Positions 53,565 through 63,744 are shown, counted from the first letter of the stretch. The stretch: 64,000 bases of DNA from Polyangiales bacterium (GCA_964202905.1 CAXNJO010000005.1:32001-96000), one strand, 5' to 3'. A program made the numbers and translations. Notes: generated from the letters alone by a model not told the origin.

Positions 53565-54812
53565 TCAAGGGCGGGCGTCGCGCACCGGCTCGCAGGCGTA
53601 GAGCGCGTGGCAGAGCGCGAGCGCGCGCGGCGAACGAACGCGCCAGTCGAGGCGGTTCATCACGTAGCCGAAGGTCAGCCCGTGCACCGGGTCGCACCAG
53701 CCGAGCGCGCCGCCGAGCCCCGCGTGCCCGAACGACTCGCGCGTCGGCGAGAAGACGTGCGCCTCCTCCTTGAGGAAGCCCTGCGACCAGCCGAGCGGCT
53801 TCTGCAGGACGAGGTCGCGCTCCGACCAGCCCTGCCGCGCGTAGACGGGCGCGAGCGTCGCGGGGCGCAGGTACCCGCGGCCGTCGGCCGAGCCCCCCAG
53901 CGCGAACGGCAGGTACGCGCGCGCGACGCCGTGCGCGCTCGCCGTCGCCGAGGCCCACGCGAGCTCGGCGCGGCGCACGCGCGGGGTGTTGTACACGGCG
54001 AGCCCACCGGCCCCGACGCGCGGCTCGAAGAACGCGCGGCGCACGGGCGAGGCGGGCGCGAGCGTCGCGCGGAAGAGGCGCGACTCGTTGTTGTCGCCCC
54101 GCAGCAGCGCGCCGAGCATGTGCGCGACGCGGGCGACGTCGCGCGGCGGGTAGAGCGTGGCGATGCGCGCGTCGTGCTCGGGCGGCGTGCCGAGCGAGAC
54201 GTCGGCGCCGAGCGGACCGAACAGCTCGCGCTCGAGGAAGGCGCCCATCGACTCGCCCGCGATCCGCTCGAACACCTCCCGCGCGTACATGCCGTAGCTG
54301 ATCGCGTGGTAGCCCTGCGCGCGCCCCGGCTCCCAGAGCGGACGCGCCTCCTCGATCGCGCGGACGAGCCGCGGGCGGCGCTCGGGGAGCAGGCAGTCGT
54401 CGAGCGTGAGACCGACGCCCGGGCCGAGCAGCCCCGCCTCGTGGTTGAAGAGCGTGCGCAGCGTGATCGCGCCCTTGCCGCCGGCCGCGAAGCCCGGCCA
54501 CACGCTCGCGACGGGCGCGTCCCACGCGAGGCGCCCACGATCCGCGAGCAGCGCGAGCGCCATCGCCGCGAAGCCCTTCGTGACGGAGAAGACGACGAGC
54601 CGCGTGTCGCGCTCCCAGGGCGCGCCGCGCGCGACGTCCGCGAAGCCACCGTGCAGGTCCACGACGCAGCGGCCGCGGTGGTAGACGGTGAGGCCCGCGC
54701 CGATCTCCGAGCCGTCATGCAGCTGCGCGGCGAAGCGCTCGGCGAGCGGCGCGAAGCCGTCGGCGTAGGAGCCGCGCGCGGGCCCCGGCGCGGCGTGGTC
54801 GAGGCCGCTCAC
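53565..54812 (-). CDS. Serine hydrolase (class C beta-lactamase-like, family VIII esterase)
   Basis: FSVTKG (SxxK), WEPG..QGYHA.SYG, FGHAGLGG; GTGA overlap with the upstream stop. Confidence 0.9.
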   Translation of the reverse strand: MSGLDHAAPGPARGSYADGFAPLAERFAAQLHDGSEIGAGLTVYHRGRCVVDLHGGFADVARGAPWERDTRLVVFSVTKGFAAMALALLADRGRLAWDAPVASVWPGFAAGGKGAITLRTLFNHEAGLLGPGVGLTLDDCLLPERRPRLVRAIEEARPLWEPGRAQGYHAISYGMYAREVFERIAGESMGAFLERELFGPLGADVSLGTPPEHDARIATLYPPRDVARVAHMLGALLRGDNNESRLFRATLAPASPVRRAFFEPRVGAGGLAVYNTPRVRRAELAWASATASAHGVARAYLPFALGGSADGRGYLRPATLAPVYARQGWSERDLVLQKPLGWSQGFLKEEAHVFSPTRESFGHAGLGGALGWCDPVHGLTFGYVMNRLDWRVRSPRALALCHALYACEPVRDARP

Positions 54813-57196
54813 CGCGGCACGCACTGGCCGGAGACCGCGTCGCAGCGGAGCGACGCGTCGATCATCGCGCAGAAGGGGTCACCGCCGACGAAGTTGCAGC
54901 GCGGCCCGCAGACGCTCGCCGTGCGCGTCCAGCAAACCTGCTCGAGGCTGCCGACACCCGCGCACTGCGCGTCGCCCGTGCACGCGCACGTGAAGAGGTC
55001 GACGTTGCCGTCGCCGTCGTCGTCGAGCCCGTTGCAACACTCGGTGCCCGGGCCGAAGGGCGTGCACCCGTCGTCGGCGCAGTCGAGCGCCGTGTCGCAG
55101 TCGTCGTCGCGCCCGTTCGTGCAGAGCGCGATCGTCGTCTCGACCCGCGCGGTGCGCATGCACATCGCGCCATCCACCGCGCCCCCATCGGAGGCACCGC
55201 CGTCGATGCCACCGCCATCGAAGCCCCCGCCGTCCACGCCCGCGTCGGGCACGCCCGCGTCGACGGTGAGGCCGCACGCGGGGTCGCGCGCGCAGTCCGG
55301 GTCGGCGCAGTCGAAGAGGCCGTCGCAGTCGTCGTCGCGCATGTCGAGGCACACCGTCTCGGCGGCGGCGCACACGCGGCACGCGGGATCCGCGGTGCAC
55401 GCGTCGTCGGCGCAGTCGATGCGCGCGTCGCAGTCGTCGTCGAAGCCGTCCGCGCAGCGCGTCTCCGTGGGCTCGCAGAGGTTGCACGAGGCGTCGGTCG
55501 CGCAGACGGGGTCGTCGCAGTCGACGAGGCCGTCGCAGTTCTCGTCGAAGCCCGTGTTGCAGAGCTCCGTCGGCAGGCAGAGTCGGCACAGCGGGTTCGC
55601 CGTGCAGTCGGGATCGCGGCAGTCGAGCAGCCCGTCGCAGTCGTTGTCGCGGCCGTCGCGACACGCCTCGGCGACGCAGCCCGGCCCGCACGAAGGCTCG
55701 GCCGCGCAGCGCGGGTCGTCGCAGTCGGCGAGCCCGTTGCAGTCGTCGTCGATGCCGGTGCCGCACAACTCGATCGGCAGGCATGCGCGGCAGAGCGGGT
55801 TGCCGGCGCAGCCATCGTCGTCGCAGTCCGTCGCGCCGTCGCAGTCGTTGTCGCGACCGTCGCGACAGATCTCGGTCGGCGCGCAGACCAGACACACCGG
55901 ATCGCGGCTGCAGTCGCTGTCGTCGCAGTCGGCCGCGCCGTCGCAGTCGTTGTCACGACCGTCGCGGCAGACCTCGCGCGTACACGTCGCGCACGCCGGA
56001 TCGGCCGTGCAATCCGTGTCGCTGCAGTCGGTGCGGCCGTCGCAGTCGTCGTCGAGCGCGTTCGTGCAGGACTCCGCGACGCACACGCGGCAGGCCGGAT
56101 CGAGCGCGCAGTCCGCGTCCGCGCAATCCACCGCGCCGTCGCAGTCTTCGTCCGCGCCGCCCGTGCAGCGCTCGGCCGTGCACACCGCGCACGCCGGGTC
56201 CGACGCGCAGTCCGTGTCCGCGCAATCCACCGCGCCGTCGCAGTCCTCGTCCGCGCCGTCGCCGCACGACGTCTCGCGCGGCGCGCACGTCCCGCAGCGC
56301 GGGTCCGACGCGCAGTCCGTGTCGCCGCAATCCGTCGCGCGGTCGCAGTCGTTGTCGACGCGGTCGTTGCACGACTCGGGGAAACCAGGCGCGACCGCCG
56401 GGTTCGCGTCGTCGCAGTCGGTGCCGCCGCACGCCGCGTCGAACGCGCCGTCGCGGTCGGCGTCGACCGCGGTCGCGACGCAGGCGCGCGTCGTCTCGTC
56501 GCAGCGATCGGTCGTGCACGCGCGGCCGTCGTCACAGACACGTGGCGCCCCGGCGACGCAGCCCGTCATCACGCTGCACGCCTCGGCGCCGTTGCAGAAG
56601 ACTCCGTCGTCGCAGCGCGCGTCGACCGCCATGCCGACGCAGCCGCCCGCGGCCTCGTCGCAGGCGTCGAGCGTGCAGTCGAACGGGTCGCCGCAGATCG
56701 GCGCGAGCCCGGCGACGCAGACGCCGCCCACGCACTGCTCGATGCCGTTGCAGAAGAGGCCGTCCTGGCACTCGTCCGCCGAGCGGCAGCCCGTCGCGCC
56801 GACGCACCCGAGCGCGGCGTCGCAGACCTCGCCATCCTCGCAGCGCGCCGAGTCGGGGAGCGACTGGCACGCGCCCACGCTCTCGACGCAGGCGTCGAGC
56901 GTGCACGCGACGCCGTCGTCGCACGCGGGGTCGGTGCCCGGCACGCACACGCCTTCGGCACACACCTCGAGGCCGTTGCAGAAGAGTCCGTCGTCGCAGT
57001 CGACGTCCGCCGCGCACACACCCGCGTCGAGCGCGGCGTCCACGCGCGCGTCGACGTCGCCGTCGGCGAGCGGGACGTCCGCGTCGGTGAACATGTCGAG
57101 CTCGGTGCGACCGCACGCGGCGAGCGCGCCAGCGACGAGGAGCGAGAGCGCGAGACGCGCGACGGCGGAGGAGCGGGAAGTGAAGCGTGAAGACAT
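54809..57196 (-). CDS. Cys/Asp-rich repeat lipoprotein (MopE-like putative metal-binding repeats)
   Basis: Lipobox LAAC-G; three CDDG.FCNG.E.C-type units; DCDDANPAVAPG; about 12 E.C.DG.D.DCDG..DC.D.DC units. Confidence 0.85.
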   Translation of the reverse strand: MSSRFTSRSSAVARLALSLLVAGALAACGRTELDMFTDADVPLADGDVDARVDAALDAGVCAADVDCDDGLFCNGLEVCAEGVCVPGTDPACDDGVACTLDACVESVGACQSLPDSARCEDGEVCDAALGCVGATGCRSADECQDGLFCNGIEQCVGGVCVAGLAPICGDPFDCTLDACDEAAGGCVGMAVDARCDDGVFCNGAEACSVMTGCVAGAPRVCDDGRACTTDRCDETTRACVATAVDADRDGAFDAACGGTDCDDANPAVAPGFPESCNDRVDNDCDRATDCGDTDCASDPRCGTCAPRETSCGDGADEDCDGAVDCADTDCASDPACAVCTAERCTGGADEDCDGAVDCADADCALDPACRVCVAESCTNALDDDCDGRTDCSDTDCTADPACATCTREVCRDGRDNDCDGAADCDDSDCSRDPVCLVCAPTEICRDGRDNDCDGATDCDDDGCAGNPLCRACLPIELCGTGIDDDCNGLADCDDPRCAAEPSCGPGCVAEACRDGRDNDCDGLLDCRDPDCTANPLCRLCLPTELCNTGFDENCDGLVDCDDPVCATDASCNLCEPTETRCADGFDDDCDARIDCADDACTADPACRVCAAAETVCLDMRDDDCDGLFDCADPDCARDPACGLTVDAGVPDAGVDGGGFDGGGIDGGASDGGAVDGAMCMRTARVETTIALCTNGRDDDCDTALDCADDGCTPFGPGTECCNGLDDDGDGNVDLFTCACTGDAQCAGVGSLEQVCWTRTASVCGPRCNFVGGDPFCAMIDASLRCDAVSGQCVPR

Positions 57197-57356
57197 GGCG
57201 AGACCCCGTGAAGCCGCGGCGCCGCGGGGCGCGCGTGTCGCCGAGCCTAGCAGACGGCGCGGCGAGCCCCGTTTTTGCAGGGTTTCCGTGCGTCGAGGGG
57301 CCGCGCGCAGACGCGTTTCTTCACCCGCCACGCGGAGGCACCCTACGATCGCGCCG

Positions 57357-58656
57357 ATGCGACCCCTGCGACCTGCGGCCGCGCTGCTCGCGGCGCTCCT
57401 CTTCGCCGCGCTGCTCCCGCACGGCGACGCCGGGGCACAGAACCGGCCGCGCGCCGCCCGCCGCCCCTCGCCGCGCACCCGCATCGCCGCGCTCGAGCGC
57501 GTGCTCGGCGAGACCCAGACCCGCACCGACGCGGCGACCGCGAGCGCCGCAGCGGCGCAGACCCGCGCAGAGCGCGCCGAGCGACGCGCGGCCGACGCCA
57601 CCGCACGCGCAGAGCGCGCAGAGCGCGGCCTCGCGGAGGCCACGACACGCGCCGAGCGGGCCGAGCAGCGCGCCACCGACGCCACCGCGCGCGTCGGGCG
57701 CGCCGAGCGACGCGCCACCGACGCCGCCGGCGCGCGTCGGGCGCGCCGAGCAACGCGCCACCGACGCCAACACCCGCGCAGAGCGCGCCGAGCAACGCGC
57801 CACCGACGCCAACACCCGCGCAGAGCGCGCGGAACGACGCGTCGCGGACCTCGAGGTCGCCCGCGTCGCGCAGGAAGACGCCGACCCGGCACTGGGGGCG
57901 GAGCCCCCCAGCGATGCGCCGCCCGACGCCGCGACCGAGGCGCGCGTTGCAGCCGCGGTCGACCCGCGCCCCCAGCCAGCGAACGACGCGCGACCACAGC
58001 CCGTGACCGACGCGCGACCGCCACCGCCCGCCGGCACGCCCGGTCCCGCGCTCCCCGTCGGGCGCGCGCTCGCGGCGCTCAGCGGCGATGCCTGCCTCGC
58101 GGCGCTGCGTGCGCACGAGGTCGACTTCGCGCGGGTCGCGGACGCGGACGCGCCGGGCGTGCCGACCCCGGTGCGCCTCCGCGGACCGATCGGCGGCGTC
58201 CGCGTCGGGCCGCGCACCGACCCCGCCAGCTCCCCGCACGCGATCCTCGATTGCCGGCTCGCGCTCGCGCTCCTCGCCTGGGCGCCGGCGCTGCGGGCCG
58301 CCGACGTGGTCGCGCTCGAGCACTACAGCGCCTTTCGCGCGAACGCGCGCGTGGGCGGACGCGGCCCGACGAGCGGCCACGCCAGCGGCCTCGCGCTCGA
58401 TGCGGCGCGCTTTCACCTCGCCGGCGGCGAGGTGGCCGAGGTCCTCGTCGACTGGACGGAGCGCACGCGCGGCGTCGATCCGTGCACCCCGCGCGACGAC
58501 GAGCCGGCCCGCGCGCGGCTCCTGCGCGGCGTCGTCTGCGAGGCCGTGCGCAGCGACCTCTTCCAGATCGTGCTCACCCCGCACCACGACGTCGCGCACC
58601 ACAACCACGTGCACCTCGAGCTGCGGCCCGGGGTCGACTGGACCTACGTGCGCTGA
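57357..58656 (+). CDS. Secreted coiled-coil protein with a C-terminal extensin-like domain (extra base at ~57729)
   Basis: Signal peptide, 14-aa repeats, C.AAL..., LDCRLALAL, SGHASGLALD, VLTPHHDVAHHNHVHLE. Confidence 0.75.
57561..57855 (+). repeat. 42-bp coding tandem repeat, about 7 copies (TRAERAEQRATDAN-like)
   Basis: Units start at 57561, 57603, 57645, 57687, 57730, 57772 and 57814; the single 43-bp step marks the extra G. Confidence 0.85.
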
Positions 58657-58724
58657 CGTCGCGGAGCGTCCGCGACGGCGGGAACAACCCCGCATCCCGC
58701 GCGTTTTCCGGCCCGCGGGCGTTC

Positions 58725-58752
58725 TTGACTCCCGGAGGGCCGCGGCTACAGT
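58725..58752 (+). promoter_or_regulatory. Putative sigma70-type promoter of the gldAFG-like operon
   Basis: TTGACT-N16-TACAGT in the intergenic region, ~110 bp upstream of ATG 58865. Confidence 0.55.
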
Positions 58753-58864
58753 CGCCGCCCGCCGGGGGGTGATTGACGACCCTCCCCGACGACCCACGAC
58801 TTCCGCCGGCCACTCCGGGCCGCGCGGCGGTCCGAGACGAATCCGCAGTGCAGAGAGGCTTCGC

Positions 58865-59899
58865 ATGAGCGATGTGATGATCGAAGCCCGCGGCCTGACG
58901 AAGACCTACGGCGCCGTCCGCGCCATCGACAAGGTCAGCTTCCAGGTCCGCAAGGGCGAAGTGCTCGGCTTCCTCGGCCCCAACGGCGCCGGGAAGACGA
59001 CGACGATGAAGATCCTGACGTGCTTCACCGCGCCGACGGAGGGCACGGCCACCGTGAACGGCGCCGACGTCTGGGAGGACAGCCTCGCCGTCCGCCGCGC
59101 CATCGGCTACCTGCCGGAGAGCACGCCGCTCTACACCGAGATGATGGTGCTCGAGTACCTCGAGTTCGTCGCGCGGATGCGCGGCCTCAAGGGCCCCGAC
59201 GCGCGCAAGGCGCTCAAGCGCGCCGTCGAGGAGACGGGCATCGGCGACATGCTCGCCCGCACCATCCGCGAGCTCTCGAAGGGCTACAAGCAGCGCGTCG
59301 GCCTCGCGCAGGCGCTCGTGCACACGCCCCCGGTCCTCATCCTCGACGAGCCGATGAGCGGCCTCGACCCGAACCAGGCGATCGAGATCCGCGACCTCAT
59401 CACCTCGATCGGCAAGGAGCGCACGGTCGTCCTCTCGACGCACAACCTCGCCGAGGTACAGGTCTCCTGCGACCGCGTCCTCATCATCTCGAAGGGCCGC
59501 ATCGTCGCCGACGACACGCCCGACGCGCTCGTCGCGACGGCGGGCAAGGCGCGCTTCGTCGTCGACGTGAAGAAGAACGACAAGACCGAGGGCGAGGTCC
59601 GCGAGCTGCTCGGCCGCGTGAAGGGCGTCGACCGCGTTCGCCCGGTGGACGTCGGCCGCGACGAGCTCGGCTTCGAGGTCATCCCGAGCGGCGACGACGA
59701 CCTCCGCGCCCCGCTGTTCCAGGCGGCCGTCGAGGGCGGGCTCGTGCTGCTCGGGCTGCGGCGCGAGGGTCAGAACCTCGAGTCCATCTTCCGCGGGCTG
59801 ACCACGGGCGCGGCGCCCGGGCGCCCCGAGCCGCGCGCCACCGCGCCTGCGGCCGACGACCACGACGACGCCCCGACCGACTCGGCGAAGGAGGCCTGA
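58865..59899 (+). CDS. ABC transporter ATP-binding protein (GldA-like)
   Basis: GPNGAGKTTTMKIL, IGYLPE, LSKGYKQRVGLAQAL, ILDEP, STHNL. Confidence 0.93.
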   Translation: MSDVMIEARGLTKTYGAVRAIDKVSFQVRKGEVLGFLGPNGAGKTTTMKILTCFTAPTEGTATVNGADVWEDSLAVRRAIGYLPESTPLYTEMMVLEYLEFVARMRGLKGPDARKALKRAVEETGIGDMLARTIRELSKGYKQRVGLAQALVHTPPVLILDEPMSGLDPNQAIEIRDLITSIGKERTVVLSTHNLAEVQVSCDRVLIISKGRIVADDTPDALVATAGKARFVVDVKKNDKTEGEVRELLGRVKGVDRVRPVDVGRDELGFEVIPSGDDDLRAPLFQAAVEGGLVLLGLRREGQNLESIFRGLTTGAAPGRPEPRATAPAADDHDDAPTDSAKEA

Positions 59900-59900
59900 C

Positions 59901-60617
59901 GTGCAGACGCTCAACATCGCGCGGCGCCAGTTCGCCAGCTATTTCAACGGCCCCGCGGCCTACATCGTCATCGCGCTCGTGCTCACGCTGACGGGCTTCC
60001 TCTTCTTCTACATCCCGGGCGCGTTCTTCCTCACGGGCCGCGCCTCGCTGCGCACGCTCTTCCAGATGATGCCGTTCACGCTGATGTTCGCGTGCCCGGC
60101 GCTCACGATGGGCCTGCTCGCCGAGGAGAAGCGCAACGGCACGCTCGAGCTCCTCATCACGATGCCCGTGCGCGAGTGGGAGGTCATCGTCGGCAAGTAC
60201 CTCGCCTCGGTGGGCCTGCTCGCGGTGACGTTCGCCCTCACGTTGCCCTACCCGCTCATGGTCTCGTCGCTCGGCAACCTCGACTGGGGCCAGGTCTGGA
60301 CGGGCTACGTCGGGCTCCTGCTCGAGGGGTCGGCGCTGCTCGCCATCGGCATGATGGCGTCGGCCTTCACCGACAACCAGCTCATCGCGTTCTTCGTCGC
60401 GGGCATCCTCGCGTTCGCGTTCGTGATCGTCGGCTACGCGACGCCCTTCTTCCCGGCGGGCCTCGCGAGCGTCGTCGAGCAGCTCTCCTTCAGCTTCCAC
60501 TTCGAGTCGATGGCGCGCGGCGTCGTCGACACGAAGGACCTCGTGTTCTTCTCCTCGGTGATCTTCTTCCCTCTCGCGATCGCGTTCCGCGCCCTCGAGA
60601 GCCGGCGGTGGAAGTGA
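59901..60617 (+). CDS. ABC-2 permease (GldF-like)
   Basis: PALTMGLLAEEKRNGTLELLITMPV..VIVGKYLA, TDNQLIAF, HFESMARGVVD. Confidence 0.9.
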   Translation: MQTLNIARRQFASYFNGPAAYIVIALVLTLTGFLFFYIPGAFFLTGRASLRTLFQMMPFTLMFACPALTMGLLAEEKRNGTLELLITMPVREWEVIVGKYLASVGLLAVTFALTLPYPLMVSSLGNLDWGQVWTGYVGLLLEGSALLAIGMMASAFTDNQLIAFFVAGILAFAFVIVGYATPFFPAGLASVVEQLSFSFHFESMARGVVDTKDLVFFSSVIFFPLAIAFRALESRRWK

Positions 60618-60619
60618 CC

Positions 60620-62425
60620 ATGTCGACGACCCAGTCCCCGAACGAGCAGCAGCCCTCCGGCAAGGACGTCGCGACGCCCCCCGCGAAGCGCGGCGGCGGC
60701 AACAAGCGCGCGGGCGCAGCGGCCGAGTCGCTCGCCTTCCTCGCGATCACCGCGGGCGTGCTCGTGCTCCTCAACGTGCTCGGCTTCTTCGGCGCGAGCG
60801 CGCGCGTCGATCTCACGAGCAAGCGCCTCTACTCGCTCTCCTCGGGGAGCAAGCGGCTCGTCGGGAGCCTCACCGACGACATGGAGATCACCGCGTATTT
60901 CACGAGTGATCTGCCCCCGCAGTTCAAGGCGACGGAGGTCGCGGCGCGCGACCTGCTCCGCGAGTACGAGGCGGCGTCGAGGGGCCACGTCACCGTGCGC
61001 TTCGTCAACCCGGACACCGACGAAGAGCGCGAGGCCGCCGAGCGCGACGGCGTCCAAAAGGTCAGCCACCAGGTCATCGAGAACGACTCGGTGAACGTGC
61101 GCGAGGGCTACCGCGGCCTCGTCGTGAGGTTCCTCGGCGAGACCAAGACCATCCCCGTCATCGAGGATCCGTCCGGTCTCGAATACCGCATCACCACGCT
61201 CATCAAGGAGCTGGTCGGCGAGAAGACGAAGATCGGCGTCGTGAGCGGCAAGGGCGGCCCGACGCTCGCCGAAGGCCTCTCGGGCCTGAAGGAAGCGCTC
61301 CCGACGTACGAGGTCGTCGAGGTACCGCTCACCGCGGCCATCCCGACCGACCTCCGCGCGCTCCTCATCGTCGCGCCCGAGCAGGAGATCACCGACGAAG
61401 AGGCCCACCGCATCGACGCCTACGTCATGCAGGGCGGCTCGCTCGGCGTCTTCGGCGGTTCGACGAAGATCGACCCGAACGGCCAGGAGATGACCGCGAC
61501 CACGGTGAACAGCGGCCTCAACCGCCTGCTCGAGCCGTGGGGTCTGCGCCTCGAGTCGAACATCGTCGCCGACACGCAGTGCGGCCGCGCGCCGATGCAG
61601 ACGCAGCTCGGCATCCCGATGCTGGTGCCCTTCCCGCCGGTGCCGATCGTCTCCTTCGACGAAGAGGTCACCGAGAACCCCGTCCTCTTCCGCCTCGATC
61701 AGGTCGTGATGCCCTTCGCCTCGAGCATCACGCTCAACGGGCGGCTGCGCAGCGACCGCGAGGTGAAGACGATCGCCCTCGCGAAGTCGACGGATCAGGC
61801 CTGGTCGCTCACGGGCGAGTCGATCAGCGTCCGCCCGCGCAACCCGCGTGAGTGGGCGCCCTCGGGCCGCCAGCAGCGCTTCCCGCTCATCGCGAGCCTC
61901 GAGGGCAAGCTGCCGAGCGCCTTCGCCGCGGGCGCGGTCAGCTCGGGCGCCGCCGCCACGCCGCCGACCGGCCCGTCGCGCGCGACCCGCACCGCGCGCG
62001 TGCTCGTCGTCGGCACCGCCGCCGTGCTCCGCGACGAGTTCCTCCCGCGCCCCGGCCGCGACGGCACGCGCGACCTCACGAGCGCGCTCGCGCTCGCGCT
62101 GAACGCCGTCGACTGGCTCGCGCAGGACTCCGACCTCATCGCGATCCGCGCGAAGAACGTCGAGGACCCGGCCCTCAAGGTCCCGCAGAACGTGCTCGCC
62201 GCCGACAACGAGGCGCGCGCCGCCATCGAGGAAGCGCAGCAGACCGGTGACGACGCCGCCGCCCGCCGCGCCCTCGAGAAGCGCAAGGAGGCCGCCGCCG
62301 AGTGGGAGAGCAAGAAGTCGCTCATCTCGCTCGGGCTCATCGTCGGCCTCCCGCTGGCCGTCGCGCTCGCCGGCCTCATCCGCTGGCAGCTCCGCAAGCG
62401 CAAGAAGGCGACCCTCTCGCTCTGA
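60620..62425 (+). CDS. GldG-like ABC transporter auxiliary protein
   Basis: RVDLTSKRLYSLS, V.FVNPD, LEYRIT, N.VDWL..DSDLIAIRAK, C-terminal TM plus basic tail. Confidence 0.85.
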   Translation: MSTTQSPNEQQPSGKDVATPPAKRGGGNKRAGAAAESLAFLAITAGVLVLLNVLGFFGASARVDLTSKRLYSLSSGSKRLVGSLTDDMEITAYFTSDLPPQFKATEVAARDLLREYEAASRGHVTVRFVNPDTDEEREAAERDGVQKVSHQVIENDSVNVREGYRGLVVRFLGETKTIPVIEDPSGLEYRITTLIKELVGEKTKIGVVSGKGGPTLAEGLSGLKEALPTYEVVEVPLTAAIPTDLRALLIVAPEQEITDEEAHRIDAYVMQGGSLGVFGGSTKIDPNGQEMTATTVNSGLNRLLEPWGLRLESNIVADTQCGRAPMQTQLGIPMLVPFPPVPIVSFDEEVTENPVLFRLDQVVMPFASSITLNGRLRSDREVKTIALAKSTDQAWSLTGESISVRPRNPREWAPSGRQQRFPLIASLEGKLPSAFAAGAVSSGAAATPPTGPSRATRTARVLVVGTAAVLRDEFLPRPGRDGTRDLTSALALALNAVDWLAQDSDLIAIRAKNVEDPALKVPQNVLAADNEARAAIEEAQQTGDDAAARRALEKRKEAAAEWESKKSLISLGLIVGLPLAVALAGLIRWQLRKRKKATLSL

Positions 62426-62503
62426 CGCGGCGGCCCGGGCGCGCCAGCGTCGCCCCGGGCGCCACGGCAGACCCCGACCCCACGCTCGCGAACGAGGCCT
62501 TTC

Positions 62504-63655
62504 ATGAACTGGCAGAAGAACCGTCTCTGGATCGGCGCGCTCGTGTTCGCCGCCCTGCTCGGCGTCTCCATCGTCGTCATCAAGCAGCGCGGCCGGGAAG
62601 GCGGCGCGGCCCCCGCGAGCGCGCCCGGCGCCGACGCGCTCCCCGAGATCGACCGCAACGAGCTCGACGCGCTCGAGATCCGGCGCCCCGCGCTGCCCCC
62701 GATCCGCCTCGCGAAGACGGCCGCGGGCTGGCGGCTCGCGGCGCCGCTCGACGCGCCGATCGACATGACCACGCTGAACGCCGTGCTCGACAAGCTCGAC
62801 ACGCTCGAGATCACGGGCGTCGCGGCGAACAACCGCGCGAACCACGCGCGCCTCGAGGTCACCCCCGAGACGGGCATCCGCGTGCTCGCGATGAAGGGCA
62901 CGACCACCGTCGCCGACCTCTGGATCGGCGCATTCCGCGGGGGCTCGACGATGGTGCGCGTCGAGGGCCGAGACCGCGTCCACGCGGTCGAGGGCTCGAT
63001 CAAGTACGCGTTCAACAAGGACGTGAAGGAGTGGCGTGACCGCGAGATCACCGACGTCGAGCCGAACGACGTCGTCGCGATCCGCTTCGCCGGCCCCAAG
63101 GGCAGCTTCTCGTTCACGAAGAACGGCGACGACTGGGCGGTCGACCCGGGGAGCGCGCCGCTCGCGCGCTTCGCGCCCTCGAAGCTCGTCGGCCTCGTGC
63201 AGAGCGCCGCGCGCCTCCGCGCGACGGACTTCGCGGCCGAGAACGCGACGGCCGACCAGCTCGGCTTCGACGCGCCGGAGGCCACGACGATCACCTTCCG
63301 CACCGCCGGCGAGGCGGGCACGCAGGAGTTCGCGCTGCAGCTCGGCAAGGCGTCGGCCTCGGGCGACCGCGAGTTCTTCGCGCGGCGCGTCGGGGTCGAG
63401 ACGGCCTACGTCGTCTCGAGCTACCTCGCGAACCGCCTCGCGCCCGATGAGGAGGCGCTCTCGACCCCGGCCGACGGTGGCGCAGCGCCCGCCGCCCCGG
63501 AGCCCCCCGCGGGCTTGGGCGGGATGGGGATGCCCGGCGGCGGCATGCCCGGCGGCGGCATGCCCGGCGCAGGCCAGCTCCCGCCCGAGCTCATGCAGCA
63601 GATCCAGCAGCAGCTCCGCCAGCAGCAGGCACAGCAGGCCGCCGGCGGCCACTGA
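62504..63655 (+). CDS. DUF4340 domain protein
   Basis: N-terminal TM, W.L.AP..AP.D, WRDREI, LGFDAP, L.LGK; typical position after gldG. Confidence 0.75.
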   Translation: MNWQKNRLWIGALVFAALLGVSIVVIKQRGREGGAAPASAPGADALPEIDRNELDALEIRRPALPPIRLAKTAAGWRLAAPLDAPIDMTTLNAVLDKLDTLEITGVAANNRANHARLEVTPETGIRVLAMKGTTTVADLWIGAFRGGSTMVRVEGRDRVHAVEGSIKYAFNKDVKEWRDREITDVEPNDVVAIRFAGPKGSFSFTKNGDDWAVDPGSAPLARFAPSKLVGLVQSAARLRATDFAAENATADQLGFDAPEATTITFRTAGEAGTQEFALQLGKASASGDREFFARRVGVETAYVVSSYLANRLAPDEEALSTPADGGAAPAAPEPPAGLGGMGMPGGGMPGGGMPGAGQLPPELMQQIQQQLRQQQAQQAAGGH

Positions 63656-63744
63656 CGGCGCGACCCGCGCGACCTCGTCGAGCGGGTCCCCGGCGGCCAC
63701 GCCGGGCGACGGCGCGCGCCGTGGCCCGCGCCGCTGGCGCCTGG

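Noticed and set aside
53565..54812. Beta-lactam resistance gene
   Set aside because: No signal peptide, and the motifs (YHA, FGH.G.GG) fit family VIII esterases better.
54900..56450. Regularly spaced GCAGTCGTCG motifs resembling a repeat-spacer array
   Set aside because: They are the codons of the Asp-Cys peptide repeats in the minus-strand lipoprotein.
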